From Trichodesmium erythraeum IMS101 (lineage in GTDB: Bacteria > Cyanobacteriota > Cyanobacteriia > Cyanobacteriales > Microcoleaceae): DNA of 32,000 bases. The DNA is taken from NCBI RefSeq assembly GCF_000014265.1, contig NC_008312.1, positions 3,990,001-4,022,000 on the forward strand, given 5' to 3'. Position numbers and translations under genes: made by a program. Below are positions 9,301-19,523 of the stretch, piece after piece (the stretch's first letter is position 1; each line of letters begins with the position of its first letter). A model generated the notes under the pieces. The model saw only the letters and a list, made by a program, of their open reading frames with translations. It had not been told where the DNA came from and made no database searches.

Positions 9301-12300
9301 AATGGAGGGACTTTCACCAGTTTTACTCAGGATGATATAGATGATGGTTTCTTAAGTTATAAACATACTCAAAAAAATACAAAAAATGATTCCTTTAGTT
9401 TTAGTGTGTCCGATCAAGTGGGAGCAGAAACAACAGATACATTCAATATTCGAGTCAACGTAGCACCAAATCTGACTACCAATAATTTAACTGCTATTGA
9501 AAGGACTGAGGTAGAAATTACTAACGAAAATCTACTGGCAGAAGATCCTGATACTGATACAGATGCAGCAACTCTAATTTATGAACTGACTGAAGTACCA
9601 AATGCGGGAATCTTAAAACTAGATAACGATACTCTAGAACTAGCAAATACTTTCACTCAAAAAGATATTAACCGAGGAAATCTCACTTACGAAGGTGAAG
9701 AAGTTGGTATAGATACATTTAGTTATGTGGTTACAGACCAAGACGGCGGTACTACCAGTGGGTTCTTAAATATTGATGTTGAAGCTGCCAATACTGCTCC
9801 AGAAGCAAAAGATGATGAATTTGAAACAAATGAAGATACAGTAAAAACTATTGATAAATCTGAGTTATTAGCAAATGATGAAGATCTTGAGGGAGGTGAA
9901 CTTACAATTCCTGAGTTTGCTGACAATACTACTAATGGTAGATTAGAAGAAACAGCAGATCAATTCATTTATACCCCTAATCAGAATTTCAGTGGTTCAG
10001 AAAGTTTCACTTATACTGTTGAAGATAACAAAGGGTTAACAGATACAGGGAAGGTAATTATTAATATTATTCCTGTGGCTGATACTCCTAACCTAGAGAT
10101 ATCTACACCTACTGTATCGGGAACAGATCAAGAAGAATTACCACTAGATATAGCTGCTAGCTTAGGAGATACGAGCGGTTCCGAAACTCTATCCATTACT
10201 ATTTCAGGAGTGCCAGATGGAGTAAGTCTTTCAGCGGGAACAGAGCAAGGTGGTGGTACTTGGGAATTGACTCTGGAAGAATTAGATAATTTAACCATTT
10301 TACCTCCTAAAGGCCAAGAGACAGGAACGACATTGCGTTTTGATTTAATAGTGACAGCGACAGCGACTGAAACTGAAACGGCAAATAATAATACCAATGC
10401 TCAAACAGGTACTATATCTGTGGAAGTAGAAGCATTAAACAATGCACCAGTGCTAACAGACTCAGGAGATATAACCCTAAATACTATTAATGAAAATCAG
10501 TTTAATAATGCAGGTACTCGCATTGCCAAAATTATTGATGGTGCAGTCACTGATGATGATGGTGGAGCGAGCAAGGGAATAGCTATTACTGAAATTGATA
10601 ATAGCAAAGGTATATGGGAATATTCAGTTGATGATGGGGACAACTGGGTAGAGGTTAGTAATAGTAGTACTACTTTACTAACAGCTACAGATAGCGATCG
10701 CCTACGTTTTGTTCCTGAAACCGACTTTTTTGGCAAGAAGAGCATTAAATTCCGTGGTTGGGATACGACGGATGGTAGCAGTAACACAACTCAGTTAACA
10801 GAAGTTTTGGCCACAGGTGATACAAATGCTTTTAGTGAAAATATTGGTTCTGCTAACATCTTAGTTAACGACATCCCTGAAATTAGTAGGAATAAGGAAC
10901 TAGTTATCAACTTTGGAGAAACAAAAATCATAGCTAAAAATTTATTACAAACAACTGACGGGGATAACGGTACAAATACCTTTACTTACACAATAACTCA
11001 GGAAGCAACAGCAGGAATATTGCAACTAGAGGATAACCCAACCCAGAGTTTCACTCAAGAAGATATTAATAGTGGTTTAGTTATCTATGAGCAGAAGGCT
11101 AGTAATACAAAGGATGATTCGTTTAGTTTCAGAGTTATTGATGTTGATGGGGGTAGAGTTAAAGACACTTTTAATATTCGAGTGAATGATCCTCCTGTTG
11201 GGACAACCACAGATCTAAATGTTACTATTGGTGAAACTAAGGTTATAGCTCAAGAAAATCTCCTATTTATCGACCCTGATGTGGAAGATGCTCAACCTGC
11301 TTCCCTAGAATATACTCTGACTGAACTGCCGAGTTTAGGGCAACTGCAGCAGGGAGAGGAAATTTTAACAATAGACAGCACATTCACTCAGGAAAATCTG
11401 GATAATGGAGAAATCAGCTATGCAACTACTACTGAGAGTATTGGCACTGATAGCTTGAAATTTCTAGTGACAGACCAAGACGGAGGAATTACCAATGAGT
11501 TGTTAAATATCAATGTCATCCAGGGGAACCGAGCCCCTCGAGTAGAAGAGGATAAATTGGTCACCTTGGAGGAAGATACTACTAAGACCTTGGATATTCT
11601 AGAGCCCATTGACCCTGATGGTGATCTTTTTACTATAACTGTTGACAGTATTCCTGATCCTGAAATAGGGCAAGTAGTATTGAACAATAATACTAATACT
11701 GCCCTAACTATTGGCCAACAGTTAAGGACTGGTGAACTAACATCATTAACGTTTATTCCTGTTGAAAATGCTAATGGAAATGCAGGAACTTTCAGCTATA
11801 TAGTTGATGATGGCAATGATGAAAATAATTCTGCTACTCAAGTTATTAGTATTGATGTCACTTCTATCAATGACCCGCCCATTGCTGTTAATGATGGAGT
11901 AGTATCAGTATTTACTAGCTTGGACAATTCACTAACAATTAATATCTATGCCAATGATAGTGATGGACCAGAACCCCTATCAATTATTGGTCTCAGTAAC
12001 GATGATGATGTTCTGGGTATTTCAGCAATTGTGGAGGGTTCTCAAGTTCAATACACGTCATTAGAAACCAGGGGAACAGGTGTGGATACCTTAGAATACA
12101 CTGTAACTGATGGTATTGATCAAGTCACTGCCAATGCTATAGTGAATGTTCTCAATGTTACTGATGAGGCTGACTCTTTGCCGGGTGGTGAATTTAATGA
12201 TAATTTTGATGGTGATCAAGGGGATGATACTCTTGAAGGTTTAGGAGGTAACGACACCTTGACTGGAAATGATGATAATGACAGCTTAGTAGGTGGTGAG

Positions 12301-12789
12301 GGTGATGACTCTATAGATGGCGGTGAAGGTGATGATACCTTATTTGGCGGTCTCGGAGCAGATATTCTGTCTGATGATAATGGGGACAATACCTTTGTTT
12401 ATACCAGGGCTGATGATGGCAGTGAGGCTAAGTTTAATGCGGCTAATGCTACTTCTATTAGTACTGCTATTGATAATGGTTTGTTTGATCGCATTACTGG
12501 TTTTGATGGCTTAGGTGAAATTGGTGGGGATACTCTTGCATTCTCTAGTGAAATTATTTCATCTCTAGATAATATTGCCACTAACGTACAAACTACGGAT
12601 ATTTCTGAAAATGTTTTAAATTCTGGAACTCCTGGTTTATTTGCGTATGAAGTAGAAGATAAAACTTATTTAATTTATGATGCTAATGGGGATAATACGG
12701 TTGGTGATGATTCCCAAATTCTAGCAGAATTAGAGGATGTAAGTGGAATTACTGTTGTGGATGTAAATGATGATTTTACTATTATCTAA
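6352..12789 (+). CDS. giant secreted RTX / cadherin-like adhesin (hemolysin-type Ca-binding repeats, cadherin, CSPG-like and Ig-like domains)
   Basis: 2145-aa ORF with AAGAGG 7 nt upstream of the ATG. It contains about 27 GGxGxDxxx nonapeptides (roughly 7150-7910) and a second RTX block (roughly 12180-12390). It has a classical cadherin domain ending VNDPPE (roughly 8440-8770). It has repeated modules with the FTQxDIxxGxLxY...DSFSF motif and NxAP/DPP boundaries. Pro-Thr/Ala and Pro-Glu/Asp linkers join the parts. The C-terminus is acidic then hydrophobic (DVNDDFTII), as in type I secretion substrates. Confidence 0.95.
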   Translation: MGSAGSITNTQIVTRRINGVLIRGVIDDNGEFISLQPIPTPEPTPEPTLAPTPAPTPAPTLAPTPAPTPAPTPAPTLAPIPAPIPAPTIAPTPPVVTPAPTPAPTPAPIPTTPDGREIIQIGDMFGVFDENNNFVILNIVEATETEAPTPEPTTEPTPAPIPTTPDGREIIQIGDMFGVFDENNDLVIVNLVEETDGAPAPTPPVVTPAPAPTPPVVTPAPAPAPTPPVVIPAPAPTPPVVTPAPTPTAPGGGILLPGGEVGGTEEEELVFGSAFTDTFFGLGGNDTVFGQGESDSILGQGGNDQINGNRGNDTVSGGVGNDSIRGGRDADSLLGDAGNDIVLGDRDLDTIRGGEGRDTIYGGKENDDVAGGEDNDFVSGDVGDDIVVGDGGNDTLLGQSGFDTISGGLGFDIISGGQDADSISGNEDNDSLSGNQGNDTIDGGTGDDSLSGGKDNDLLLGGEGRDTINGERQNDTVDGMEENDFLSGGKGNDSVDGGQGDDLLIGGRGDDTLTGGEGQDSFVIIDFEESDNLYTVTDFNTAEDLISLEGGLRFEDLAISDDGGDTVIRNANDDILAILTGVDSTTLNSRNFFPTPRDIEPEPEPDPAPEPEPEPDPAPEPEPEPDPEPTPEPDPEPTPDPTPDPEPTPDPEPDPEPTPDPTPDPEPTPDPTPDPEPTPDPTPDPEPEPIPPDPGDITPPDLNEPPTDILLDRNSVPENSEAGTVIGTFTTEDLDVDDSHEYRLIDNADGRFALDQKNNQLVVGEGANLDFEKQESFDIRVRTFDSAAEIFTKSFTISLTNVNDPPEIIVAEEQQPVNEGEQLEIVGIEVTDPDVGEEEVEVTLETTNSTTSQSNLTLDSNSSITFTTGDGEADSRMVFKGTLENINESIKTLTYTGKKSGSDFISITVNDEGNTGEGDAQTDTALIDISINDFPVVETNRELVVKRGETTIIENTFLETTDNSKTSLIYKVTELPSRGKLLFNGGTFTSFTQDDIDDGFLSYKHTQKNTKNDSFSFSVSDQVGAETTDTFNIRVNVAPNLTTNNLTAIERTEVEITNENLLAEDPDTDTDAATLIYELTEVPNAGILKLDNDTLELANTFTQKDINRGNLTYEGEEVGIDTFSYVVTDQDGGTTSGFLNIDVEAANTAPEAKDDEFETNEDTVKTIDKSELLANDEDLEGGELTIPEFADNTTNGRLEETADQFIYTPNQNFSGSESFTYTVEDNKGLTDTGKVIINIIPVADTPNLEISTPTVSGTDQEELPLDIAASLGDTSGSETLSITISGVPDGVSLSAGTEQGGGTWELTLEELDNLTILPPKGQETGTTLRFDLIVTATATETETANNNTNAQTGTISVEVEALNNAPVLTDSGDITLNTINENQFNNAGTRIAKIIDGAVTDDDGGASKGIAITEIDNSKGIWEYSVDDGDNWVEVSNSSTTLLTATDSDRLRFVPETDFFGKKSIKFRGWDTTDGSSNTTQLTEVLATGDTNAFSENIGSANILVNDIPEISRNKELVINFGETKIIAKNLLQTTDGDNGTNTFTYTITQEATAGILQLEDNPTQSFTQEDINSGLVIYEQKASNTKDDSFSFRVIDVDGGRVKDTFNIRVNDPPVGTTTDLNVTIGETKVIAQENLLFIDPDVEDAQPASLEYTLTELPSLGQLQQGEEILTIDSTFTQENLDNGEISYATTTESIGTDSLKFLVTDQDGGITNELLNINVIQGNRAPRVEEDKLVTLEEDTTKTLDILEPIDPDGDLFTITVDSIPDPEIGQVVLNNNTNTALTIGQQLRTGELTSLTFIPVENANGNAGTFSYIVDDGNDENNSATQVISIDVTSINDPPIAVNDGVVSVFTSLDNSLTINIYANDSDGPEPLSIIGLSNDDDVLGISAIVEGSQVQYTSLETRGTGVDTLEYTVTDGIDQVTANAIVNVLNVTDEADSLPGGEFNDNFDGDQGDDTLEGLGGNDTLTGNDDNDSLVGGEGDDSIDGGEGDDTLFGGLGADILSDDNGDNTFVYTRADDGSEAKFNAANATSISTAIDNGLFDRITGFDGLGEIGGDTLAFSSEIISSLDNIATNVQTTDISENVLNSGTPGLFAYEVEDKTYLIYDANGDNTVGDDSQILAELEDVSGITVVDVNDDFTII
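6466..6690 (+). repeat. coding microsatellite-like tract (6/12-nt CCAACA/CCAGCA units) encoding a PT/PA linker
   Basis: Near-perfect reiteration of CCAACACCAGCA and variants, translated as TPAPTPAPT. Confidence 0.9.
6670..6941 (+). repeat. 156-bp tandem duplication (two copies) inside the giant RTX gene
   Basis: GCACCAATACCAACAACACCAGATGGTAGAGAGATAATTCAAATAGGTGATATGTTCGGTGT... starts at 6670 and again at 6826. The copies are nearly identical over about 115 bp. Each encodes [21 protein letters not shown]. Confidence 0.9.
8146..8412 (+). repeat. coding 30-nt periodic tract encoding an acidic PE/PD/PT linker
   Basis: GAACCAGACCCAGCACCGGAACCAGAGCCG and GACCCGGAACCAACACCAGACCCAACACCA units are reiterated, translated as [12 protein letters not shown]...[10 protein letters not shown]. 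Confidence 0.9.
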
Positions 12790-12921
12790 TATTATTAGCC
12801 TCAAATATATTTAAGAGGGCTAAAGGGCAATAACTAATACTGTTTTACGAAAGTTAAAAGTCAACCCTCCTTTATCTCCTAAGGGGGGAAGTGATGGGTT
12901 TATGCATTAAGATTTTAATAA

Positions 12922-12970
12922 TTCAAAACTTTGAGGCCCTCAGTTATTTCAAAACTTTGAGGCCCTCAGT
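12922..12970. repeat. perfect 23-bp direct repeat x2 with near-palindromic core
   Basis: TTCAAAACTTTGAGGCCCTCAGT occurs at 12922-12944 and 12948-12970, separated by TAT. The core TGAGGCCCTCA is an imperfect palindrome. Confidence 0.9.
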
Positions 12971-13382
12971 CATTTTAGGAAATTATTTGATATTTAAAGT
13001 TGGAGACTATTTGTAAAATCTTTAAAGTAAATTAGTATTAAGATGTTAAACATAATTGTTTGACCGAAAAATTGGGTTTAAAGCCTCACCCATAACCACA
13101 AAGGGGTGACTTTATATTTGTTTATTTTTAATAAATATGTTATAATTATATCTATTATAATTGCAAGTAAGCAGTCAGAGACAAAAAGAGAGCAAAAATG
13201 GATGTGGAAGCAAGGACAAGCTACTCCAACCCACCCCCATCCCCTCCCAGTAAGAAAGCAAGAGAGGTGTGGCAGACCAGGAGCCAGGAGCTTGGCGCCA
13301 GCAAAATGTCAACCCGTATCAGAGTTTTGGCTCGGTAGAATTTACCTCGTGTCTAAAATTGGGCAGGATCTTAACAAGCTTA

Positions 13383-13600
13383 ATTAGGGCTTCCTCAAAA
13401 GGTTTTTTTAAGGAGTGGGAGCTCCCAGGAGGGGAAGTAGGTCGCAAGGTTGTATGCCACCTCCCTATAAAGTAGGAATTTGTAGAGGACGTAGTCGGAT
13501 ATTTTTGTCCCTTGGTTTTTCTGCTATGGTCAGCCCAAAATGCTAACTTATGTGAGCTTTATGGACAGAAAATCAGGTATTTTTTTGACCTACTAGACCC
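13383..13600 (+). repeat. dispersed GC-rich repeat, copy 1 (degenerate)
   Basis: It aligns, with indels, to the reverse complement of 25540-25790. Shared blocks are TTAGGG.TT..TCAAAA, AGCTC.CCAGG.GG.GGAAGTAGGT, GGTTG.AT.C.ACCTCCCTA and TGAGCT.T.TGGAC. Confidence 0.6.
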
Positions 13601-14574
13601 TAAAAAAGCTTTAGTCTTTATTTGTCAATGCTTTGATATTAATCAGCAAATCCTAACTTAACCATTTCTCAAAAACTTTTCTACTTGGCTATTCATCAGG
13701 GGACTCACTTGATACTCTGACCGTGGAGAGGTACTGAGGTTCTATTGCTTTGTCCGTACTAAAATAAAAAGGTTATTTTGCCTATGTTAATTACTTCATA
13801 ACTAAAGTATTACCTAATTCTTATAGTATTAATAGACAAAAAATAGTATTACTAAAGTTTTAGTTATGAGTATGAAATGATGAATGTAATATCAATTTCA
13901 TGAACTTAAAACTTCACTTCTAAAAATAATGTATCAAGCTTTAAAGTTAAGATTTCAAGTGATGTTTAGCTTGACTTTAAGAATTTAGTATAATTAATTT
14001 ATAAGGGTTTTAAAACAATATTATTTTTAATTTTTTGAGCAGAAAATTAATTTGATTATTTGATTATTTGATGAATTCAGCAATTATTTTAATTGAATAA
14101 AATCACCTATCTATTATCCAAGTTATGCGTTCAGGTATTGAATTTATTATCTAACGACAACATTGATTATTATTTCTATTCCGAAAACCAATAAAAATTT
14201 TTTCTACTCCTAAAATACAATCATTTTAACTACAAAAAATTTTACTTGATGATATCCTTTATTTCATAAAATTTGACTAGTTCTGGTAATTATGGTTGAA
14301 TCAATACGAAAATAGAACATCATTTTTTTGATAAAATTTTCAAATAAGATTTGCTACTTTAGGGAAACTATAAATAATTATTATTAGTGATTTTTCATTT
14401 TCTTGTCTATATTTGAACAAGTTTTAGCTATTTCCATACCAATTTTTTTTAACATTTAACGTTTTTGTGACTTTAGCTATAAATATACCAAAGTTAATCT
14501 AAAATTTTCCGGTTGATAACCAATCTTATATGCTATAACTAAACAGTAAACTAAATTGAAAAGTCAAACAAATC

Positions 14575-17500
14575 ATGGCTACAATTGTTGTTAATACTCT
14601 TGATGATGAAAATGATGGAAGTCTTGATCAAGGAACAGGCAACTCACTCCGAGAAGCTATTAATTTGTCTAATGCAGGAGATACAATCATTTTTGCTGAC
14701 ACTATTGCCGGAAAAACCATTAATTTGAGCAATAGTGAACTTATCATTAATAAAAACCTCACTATTGATGGGGATGAAAATAACCGAGTCACAATAAATG
14801 CACAAGGTAACTCTCGTGTATTTAATATAAATGATAACAATAGCACACAGCAGCAAGTTACCATTGATGGAGTTGTAATCACAGGTGGAAAAGCTTCTGG
14901 TAGTGGGCCAAATGAAAGTGATGGGGGTGGTATATTTACTAATGAAGCACTCACGCTCAGTAACAGTGTAGTTACAGGTAACACAGCATCAGGTGGAAAT
15001 GCTGATGGTGGTGGTATATATATAAATTCCATAGCTAGCGCTGATATTATAAACACTACTATTAGCAATAATACAGCAACTGATGACGGTGGTGGTGTCG
15101 TTGGATTTGGCAATACAAATATTACTAACTCTACTATCAATAACAACGCAACACTTACTTCTACTGGCGATGGTGGTGGTGTCTATATAGTTCGCACTAC
15201 AAATATTACTAATTCCACTATCAGTGGTAACACATCATCAGGTGAAGGTGGTGGTGTCTATGTTAAAGATCAGCGACTCTCCAACGCGACAATAACCAAC
15301 AGTACAATTACTAATAACCAAGCACCTGAAGGTAAAGGTAGTGGTTTAGCTACTTTAGGAGTTCAAACAACAACTGTTACCTCTAGCATTATTGCTGGTA
15401 ATGTTAACAGCGACGTTAACGAATTAACTAGTGGAAGTAACGCCATAGAAAGTGGTGGCAACAACTTAATTGGTACAGGAAACACTGCTGCTAAATTTAA
15501 TGCTACAAGCGATATAACAGGAGTCACTAATCCTGGTCTAGATCCTCTTGCTGATAATGGGGGACCTACTCAAACCCATGCTTTACAAAATGTTAGTCGT
15601 GCTATTAATGCTGGCAGCAATCTTTCCAATCTGGATACTGACCAACGTGGTGCAGGTTTCTCCCGCGTTTTTAATGGTGTAGCCGATATTGGTGCTTTTG
15701 AGTTTGGCAACCCCATACCTACACCTGAACCTACACCTGCACCTACACCTGAGCCAACACCTGCACCTGAGCCAACACCTGAGCCAACACCTGAACCGAC
15801 ACCTGAACCGACACCTGAACCGACACCTGAACCGACACCTGAACCGACACCTGAACCGACACCTGAACCGACACCTGAACCTACACCTGAACCTACACCT
15901 GAACCGACACCTGAACCGACACCTGAACCGACACCTGAACCTAATTCTGGTAATGACACTCTTGACGGTAATGGTAGGAATAACTCTATCGATGGCGGGG
16001 ACGGAGATGATTTCATAAATGGTAAAGGAGGCAACGACGAACTATTTGGTGAAAATGGTGCAGATACCCTCTTGGGTGACCTTGGCAACGACGAACTATT
16101 TGGTGGTAACGGTGGAGACAGCCTTGTCGGTGGTCCTGGTCGAGACCTTCTTGATGGTGGGACTGGTAACGACAGCTTAAATGGCTCATCTGGTCCAGAT
16201 ACTCTTGATGGTGGTGCCGGTGAAGATAACCTCGTCGGTGGTCCTGATGGAGACAGACTATTCGGTGGTCCTCGTAATGACACCCTAGATGGTGGGTTAG
16301 GTAGAGATAGTCTTATTGGTGGTAACGGCAACGACAGTCTGATGGGTGGTAATAGTATAGATACAATTGATGGTGGTATTGGTAATGACACTATTGACGG
16401 TGGCCGGGGTCCTGATGTTATAAGTGGGGAAGACAACGCTGACACTTTTGTATTGCGTTCTACCTATGGCAACGATCAGATTCTAGATTATGTAGATGGT
16501 ACAGATAATTTCTTTTTAGATGGTCTGGCTTTCAAAGACTTGATAATAGAACGTGACCCAGATAACCGTAAGAATACTATTATACAGACTAAGGTAACTG
16601 GCTCGACAGAAATTTTAGCAACTTTGGTTGACTTTACAAGAACTGATAAGCTAACTGAGGCTGATTTTGAGTCTTCAACACCAACACCAACACCAACACC
16701 AACACCAACACCAACTTCAACACCAACACCAACACCAACACCAACACCAACAACTATTTCTCCTACTATTAATAATGACACTCTTGATGGTGATGATCAG
16801 AATAACGAGATCAAAGGTTTAGGAGGAAATGATTTAATAAGTGGTAAAGGAGGCAATGATCAACTATTTGGTGATGACGGTGCAGATACCCTTTTAGGTG
16901 ATGATGGTAAAGATACTCTTAATGGGGGAGTAGGTAACGATAAGCTTGATGGTGGTAAAGATGATGATCGTTTAATAGGTGGTGCAGGAAATGGTGCAGA
17001 TATCCTCTTAGGTGGTGATGGTAAAGATACTCTTATTGGTGGAGCGGGTAACGATAAGCTTGATGGTGGTAAAGATGATGATCATTTAATAGGTGGTACA
17101 GGTAATGATGTCTATACAATTAACTCCCGCAAAGATATTATTATCGAAAGAGCAAGACAAGGTAACGACCATGTCATGTCTTCAGTCACCTATAATCTCA
17201 GCAACAACTTAGAAAGACTGACTCTGCTCGGAAAAAACAATCTTACCGGAAGAGGTAATGATCGCGCTAACATTATTCGAGGAAACTCTGGAAATAATAA
17301 CCTCGAAGGTAAAGGAGGCAACGACCAACTATTTGGTAATAACGGTGCAGATAACCTTTTGGGTGGTGATGGTAAAGATACTCTTATTGGTGGAGCAGGT
17401 AACGATAAACTTAATGGTGGTAAAGATGATGATCGTTTAATAGGTGGTACAGGTGATGATGTCTATACAATTGATTCCACGAAAGATATTATTATCGAAA

Positions 17501-18168
17501 GAGCAAACCAAGGTAACGATCATGTAAGATCTTTAGTTACCTATAATCTCAACAACAACTTAGAAAAACTGACTCTGCTCGGAAAAAACAATATTATAGG
17601 AAGAGGTAACGATCGCGCAAACGTTATTCGAGGAAACTCTGGAAATAATAAACTCGAAGGTAAAGGAGGCAACGACCAACTATTTGGTAATAACGGTGCA
17701 GATAACCTCTTGGGTGGTAATGGTAACGATGCTCTTAATGGTGGTGGAGGTTTAGACATTCTCAATGGTGGCTCTGGTCAAGACACCCTCATCGGTAGCT
17801 CTGGTCGAGATACCCTCATCGGTGGCTTGGATGCAGATAGCCTACTCGGTGGTAGCGATGTGGACACCCTCAATGGTGGTTCTGGTCGAGACACTCTTGA
17901 CGGTGGCCGAAACCCTGATCGTCTAACTGGTGGAAGCGACGCTGACAGTTTCGTATTACGTTCTGGCGATGGCAATGATAGGATTCTAGATTATGTAGAT
18001 GGTACAGATAACTTCTTGTTAGATAGTCTGACTTTTGAAGACTTGACAATAGAACTTGACTCAACTGGTAATAATACTGTCATAAAGACCTCGACAGAAA
18101 CTTTGGCAACTTTGGTTGGCGTTACTGATATTACTGATCTAGATAATGGTGATTTTGTCATCGTCTAA
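14575..18168 (+). CDS. secreted RTX protein: N-terminal CSLREA-type parallel beta-helix plus three beta-roll cassettes
   Basis: 1197-aa ORF. The N-terminus (DDENDGS...[18 protein letters not shown], reiterated GGGIY/GGGVY turns, ...[18 protein letters not shown]) matches the CSLREA / choice-of-anchor-Q beta-helix family. Then come a (PEPT)n linker, RTX nonapeptide blocks, a PT linker, more RTX blocks, and a C-terminal acidic-hydrophobic tail (NGDFVIV). Confidence 0.95.
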   Translation: MATIVVNTLDDENDGSLDQGTGNSLREAINLSNAGDTIIFADTIAGKTINLSNSELIINKNLTIDGDENNRVTINAQGNSRVFNINDNNSTQQQVTIDGVVITGGKASGSGPNESDGGGIFTNEALTLSNSVVTGNTASGGNADGGGIYINSIASADIINTTISNNTATDDGGGVVGFGNTNITNSTINNNATLTSTGDGGGVYIVRTTNITNSTISGNTSSGEGGGVYVKDQRLSNATITNSTITNNQAPEGKGSGLATLGVQTTTVTSSIIAGNVNSDVNELTSGSNAIESGGNNLIGTGNTAAKFNATSDITGVTNPGLDPLADNGGPTQTHALQNVSRAINAGSNLSNLDTDQRGAGFSRVFNGVADIGAFEFGNPIPTPEPTPAPTPEPTPAPEPTPEPTPEPTPEPTPEPTPEPTPEPTPEPTPEPTPEPTPEPTPEPTPEPTPEPTPEPNSGNDTLDGNGRNNSIDGGDGDDFINGKGGNDELFGENGADTLLGDLGNDELFGGNGGDSLVGGPGRDLLDGGTGNDSLNGSSGPDTLDGGAGEDNLVGGPDGDRLFGGPRNDTLDGGLGRDSLIGGNGNDSLMGGNSIDTIDGGIGNDTIDGGRGPDVISGEDNADTFVLRSTYGNDQILDYVDGTDNFFLDGLAFKDLIIERDPDNRKNTIIQTKVTGSTEILATLVDFTRTDKLTEADFESSTPTPTPTPTPTPTSTPTPTPTPTPTTISPTINNDTLDGDDQNNEIKGLGGNDLISGKGGNDQLFGDDGADTLLGDDGKDTLNGGVGNDKLDGGKDDDRLIGGAGNGADILLGGDGKDTLIGGAGNDKLDGGKDDDHLIGGTGNDVYTINSRKDIIIERARQGNDHVMSSVTYNLSNNLERLTLLGKNNLTGRGNDRANIIRGNSGNNNLEGKGGNDQLFGNNGADNLLGGDGKDTLIGGAGNDKLNGGKDDDRLIGGTGDDVYTIDSTKDIIIERANQGNDHVRSLVTYNLNNNLEKLTLLGKNNIIGRGNDRANVIRGNSGNNKLEGKGGNDQLFGNNGADNLLGGNGNDALNGGGGLDILNGGSGQDTLIGSSGRDTLIGGLDADSLLGGSDVDTLNGGSGRDTLDGGRNPDRLTGGSDADSFVLRSGDGNDRILDYVDGTDNFLLDSLTFEDLTIELDSTGNNTVIKTSTETLATLVGVTDITDLDNGDFVIV
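15715..15941 (+). repeat. coding 12-nt microsatellite-like tract encoding (PEPT)n
   Basis: ACACCTGAACCG/ACACCTGAACCT/ACACCTGAGCCA is reiterated about 18 times. Confidence 0.9.
17011..17712 (+). repeat. 351-bp (117-aa) tandem duplication, two near-identical copies inside the RTX gene
   Basis: GGTGGTGATGGTAAAGATACTCTTATTGGTGG starts at 17011 and 17362, and the next related start is at 17713. By eye the copies differ at only a few percent of positions. Confidence 0.9.
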
Positions 18169-18211
18169 TTAGTATTAGGACTCTTTTTTCCAATCTCAGT
18201 TTATTCTTGAA

Positions 18212-18250
18212 GCGATCGCCTCTTTTAAATTAAAGGGGCGATCGTTTTTG
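18212..18250 (+). terminator. Rho-independent terminator of the 1197-aa RTX gene, built on HIP1-containing arms
   Basis: GCGATCGCCTCTTT ... AAAGGGGCGATCG forms a ~12-bp stem (one bulge) with a short AT loop and is followed by TTTTTG. It lies 44 nt after the stop codon. Confidence 0.7.
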
Positions 18251-18301
18251 TCAATATCCTCGGCACTATTTTGCCACATCAACTCCCCTGTAATATCGTC
18301 T

Positions 18302-18955
18302 TCAGGAAACGTACTTGCTTCTTTTCCTGTTCACAAAAAAACTCCAGTACGCCCCAAAGCCAAAAAATTCTGATTGAGGTATAACCTTTCCCTTAATTTG
18401 TTCTAGAGGTGCATAATATGTAGCAACTTTTGTTAGTTGATTATCATTTCGTTTGGCAAAAAAAATAAGTATAGTTAATTTTCCTCGCAGTACCAAAATC
18501 AATTGGCACTAAATCTAGATTTGCTTTGACTATAATATTAGTAGGTTTAATATCCCGGTGAATATAATTCTGGTTGTGCAAATAATCTAGAATTTCTAAT
18601 AATTGTTTTAACCAATTTATTACTAACTCTTCACTAATAAAAATTTTCCCTGTTTTTGACATCCAAGTTATTAAATTATCTCTTGCTATTTTTTCTATAA
18701 TTAAGAAGTGATAAATGTTAGTTTTAACATCCCAAATAAAATATCCATCTGATACTACTTTGGGAACTATAGGATGATTAAGTTGCTGCAAAATTTGGCT
18801 TCTTGCCAAAATAGACAGATCTGTTTTTCTTCACAAAAACTACCTATCACTTTAATCACTTTTTTTCTCGTACCTCTTTCTTCCACTTCCCATACTTCAC
18901 CACAGCTACCCTCACCAATTTTTCTGGTTGCCCGATAGGGATTTTTTACAATTTA
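18302..18955 (-). pseudogene. Ser/Thr protein kinase (Hanks-type) relic, frameshifted and truncated
   Basis: Minus-strand pieces lie in different frames. Piece 1 is the glycine loop IGEGSCGEVWEV (about 18930-18895). Piece 2 is ARSQILQQLNHPIVPK...YLHNQNYIHRDIKPTNIIV...LVPIDFGTAR (track ORF 18444..18809). Piece 3 is ATYYAPLEQIKGKVIPQSEFFGFG (track ORF 18302..18502). There is no start codon upstream of the G-loop, where an in-frame TAA is found, and no C-terminal domain. Confidence 0.75.
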
Positions 18956-19052
18956 ATTTTGTTGAATTATAGCTGCTATTCTTCACCGTCTGAAAAATCT
19001 ACTTCTTGATAAATCTAATTGAAAGGAATTTCTATTTCAACAGTAGCTAAGT

Positions 19053-19509
19053 TTAAAACATTATTGTCTCTATTCTACTCGGTAAATAACCATTTATTTT
19101 CTTGTGGTTTTTTTTAGGTTGAATATTGTCTGGGTTGGTAGTGGTGGGCGATCGGCTTTTTGTCGCTTTTTTTGCTTTAGGATAGGGGCAAATTTTGCTA
19201 CAGATATTAATGTCACCAAAAATTTGTGTATCAGAACCAAAATTGGAAATATGGGAAAATTCGATTCGTTCTAACTTAGATTTAATATTTGATTTTTTGG
19301 CGTTGGTGAATTAGGGTATGATTTGAGGATAAGGCGATCGCTGTGAGCATTTACAAGGAACTGGAACATCCAAAAATTTTAGATAATGAATGAGTAAGCG
19401 AATTGAATGCTTTAACATTTCATGATTACTTGGAATAGCAAAGAGTTTTTCTATGTAATCTAGCTTTGGGGTGCCTCAATCTCGTATTTTCTCCAACTAC
19501 AATGGTCAT
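19053..19509 (-). pseudogene. possible PPP-family metallophosphoesterase (Ser/Thr phosphatase) relic
   Basis: On the minus strand an ATG at 19509 opens MTIVVGE. A shifted frame then gives ..IRD*GTPKLDYIEKLFAIPSNHEML, which reads as DRG (TGA in place of CGA) followed by an (G)NHE motif at roughly the spacing seen in PrpA/ApaH-like phosphatases. There are multiple stops and frameshifts. The motif match is weak. Confidence 0.4.
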
Positions 19510-19523
19510 ATTAGGATAGGATA

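Noticed and set aside
13106-13475. Two overlapping ORFs (93 aa and 68 aa) in the GC-rich island.
   Set aside because: They overlap each other in different frames, have Arg/Pro/Gly-rich composition driven by the local GC content, and partly coincide with a non-coding dispersed repeat.
13190-13600. Group II intron remnant, RNase P RNA, tmRNA or SRP RNA.
   Set aside because: I could not find the diagnostic motifs: a domain V AGC...GNRA hairpin or GTGYG 5' end, the RNase P P4 strands GAGGAAAGTCC/ACAGAA.CCGGCTTA, the tmRNA tRNA-like ends, or the SRP GGAA-tetraloop helix 8. This is not excluded without a covariance-model scan.
14628-17975. Antisense and alternate-frame ORFs inside the 1197-aa RTX gene (for example 15570..16445 at 291 aa, 15689..16018, 16488..16781 and 17541..17975).
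   Set aside because: They are low-complexity ([19 protein letters not shown]-rich) mirror images of PEPT and GGxGxD coding repeats. They have no independent start or RBS support.
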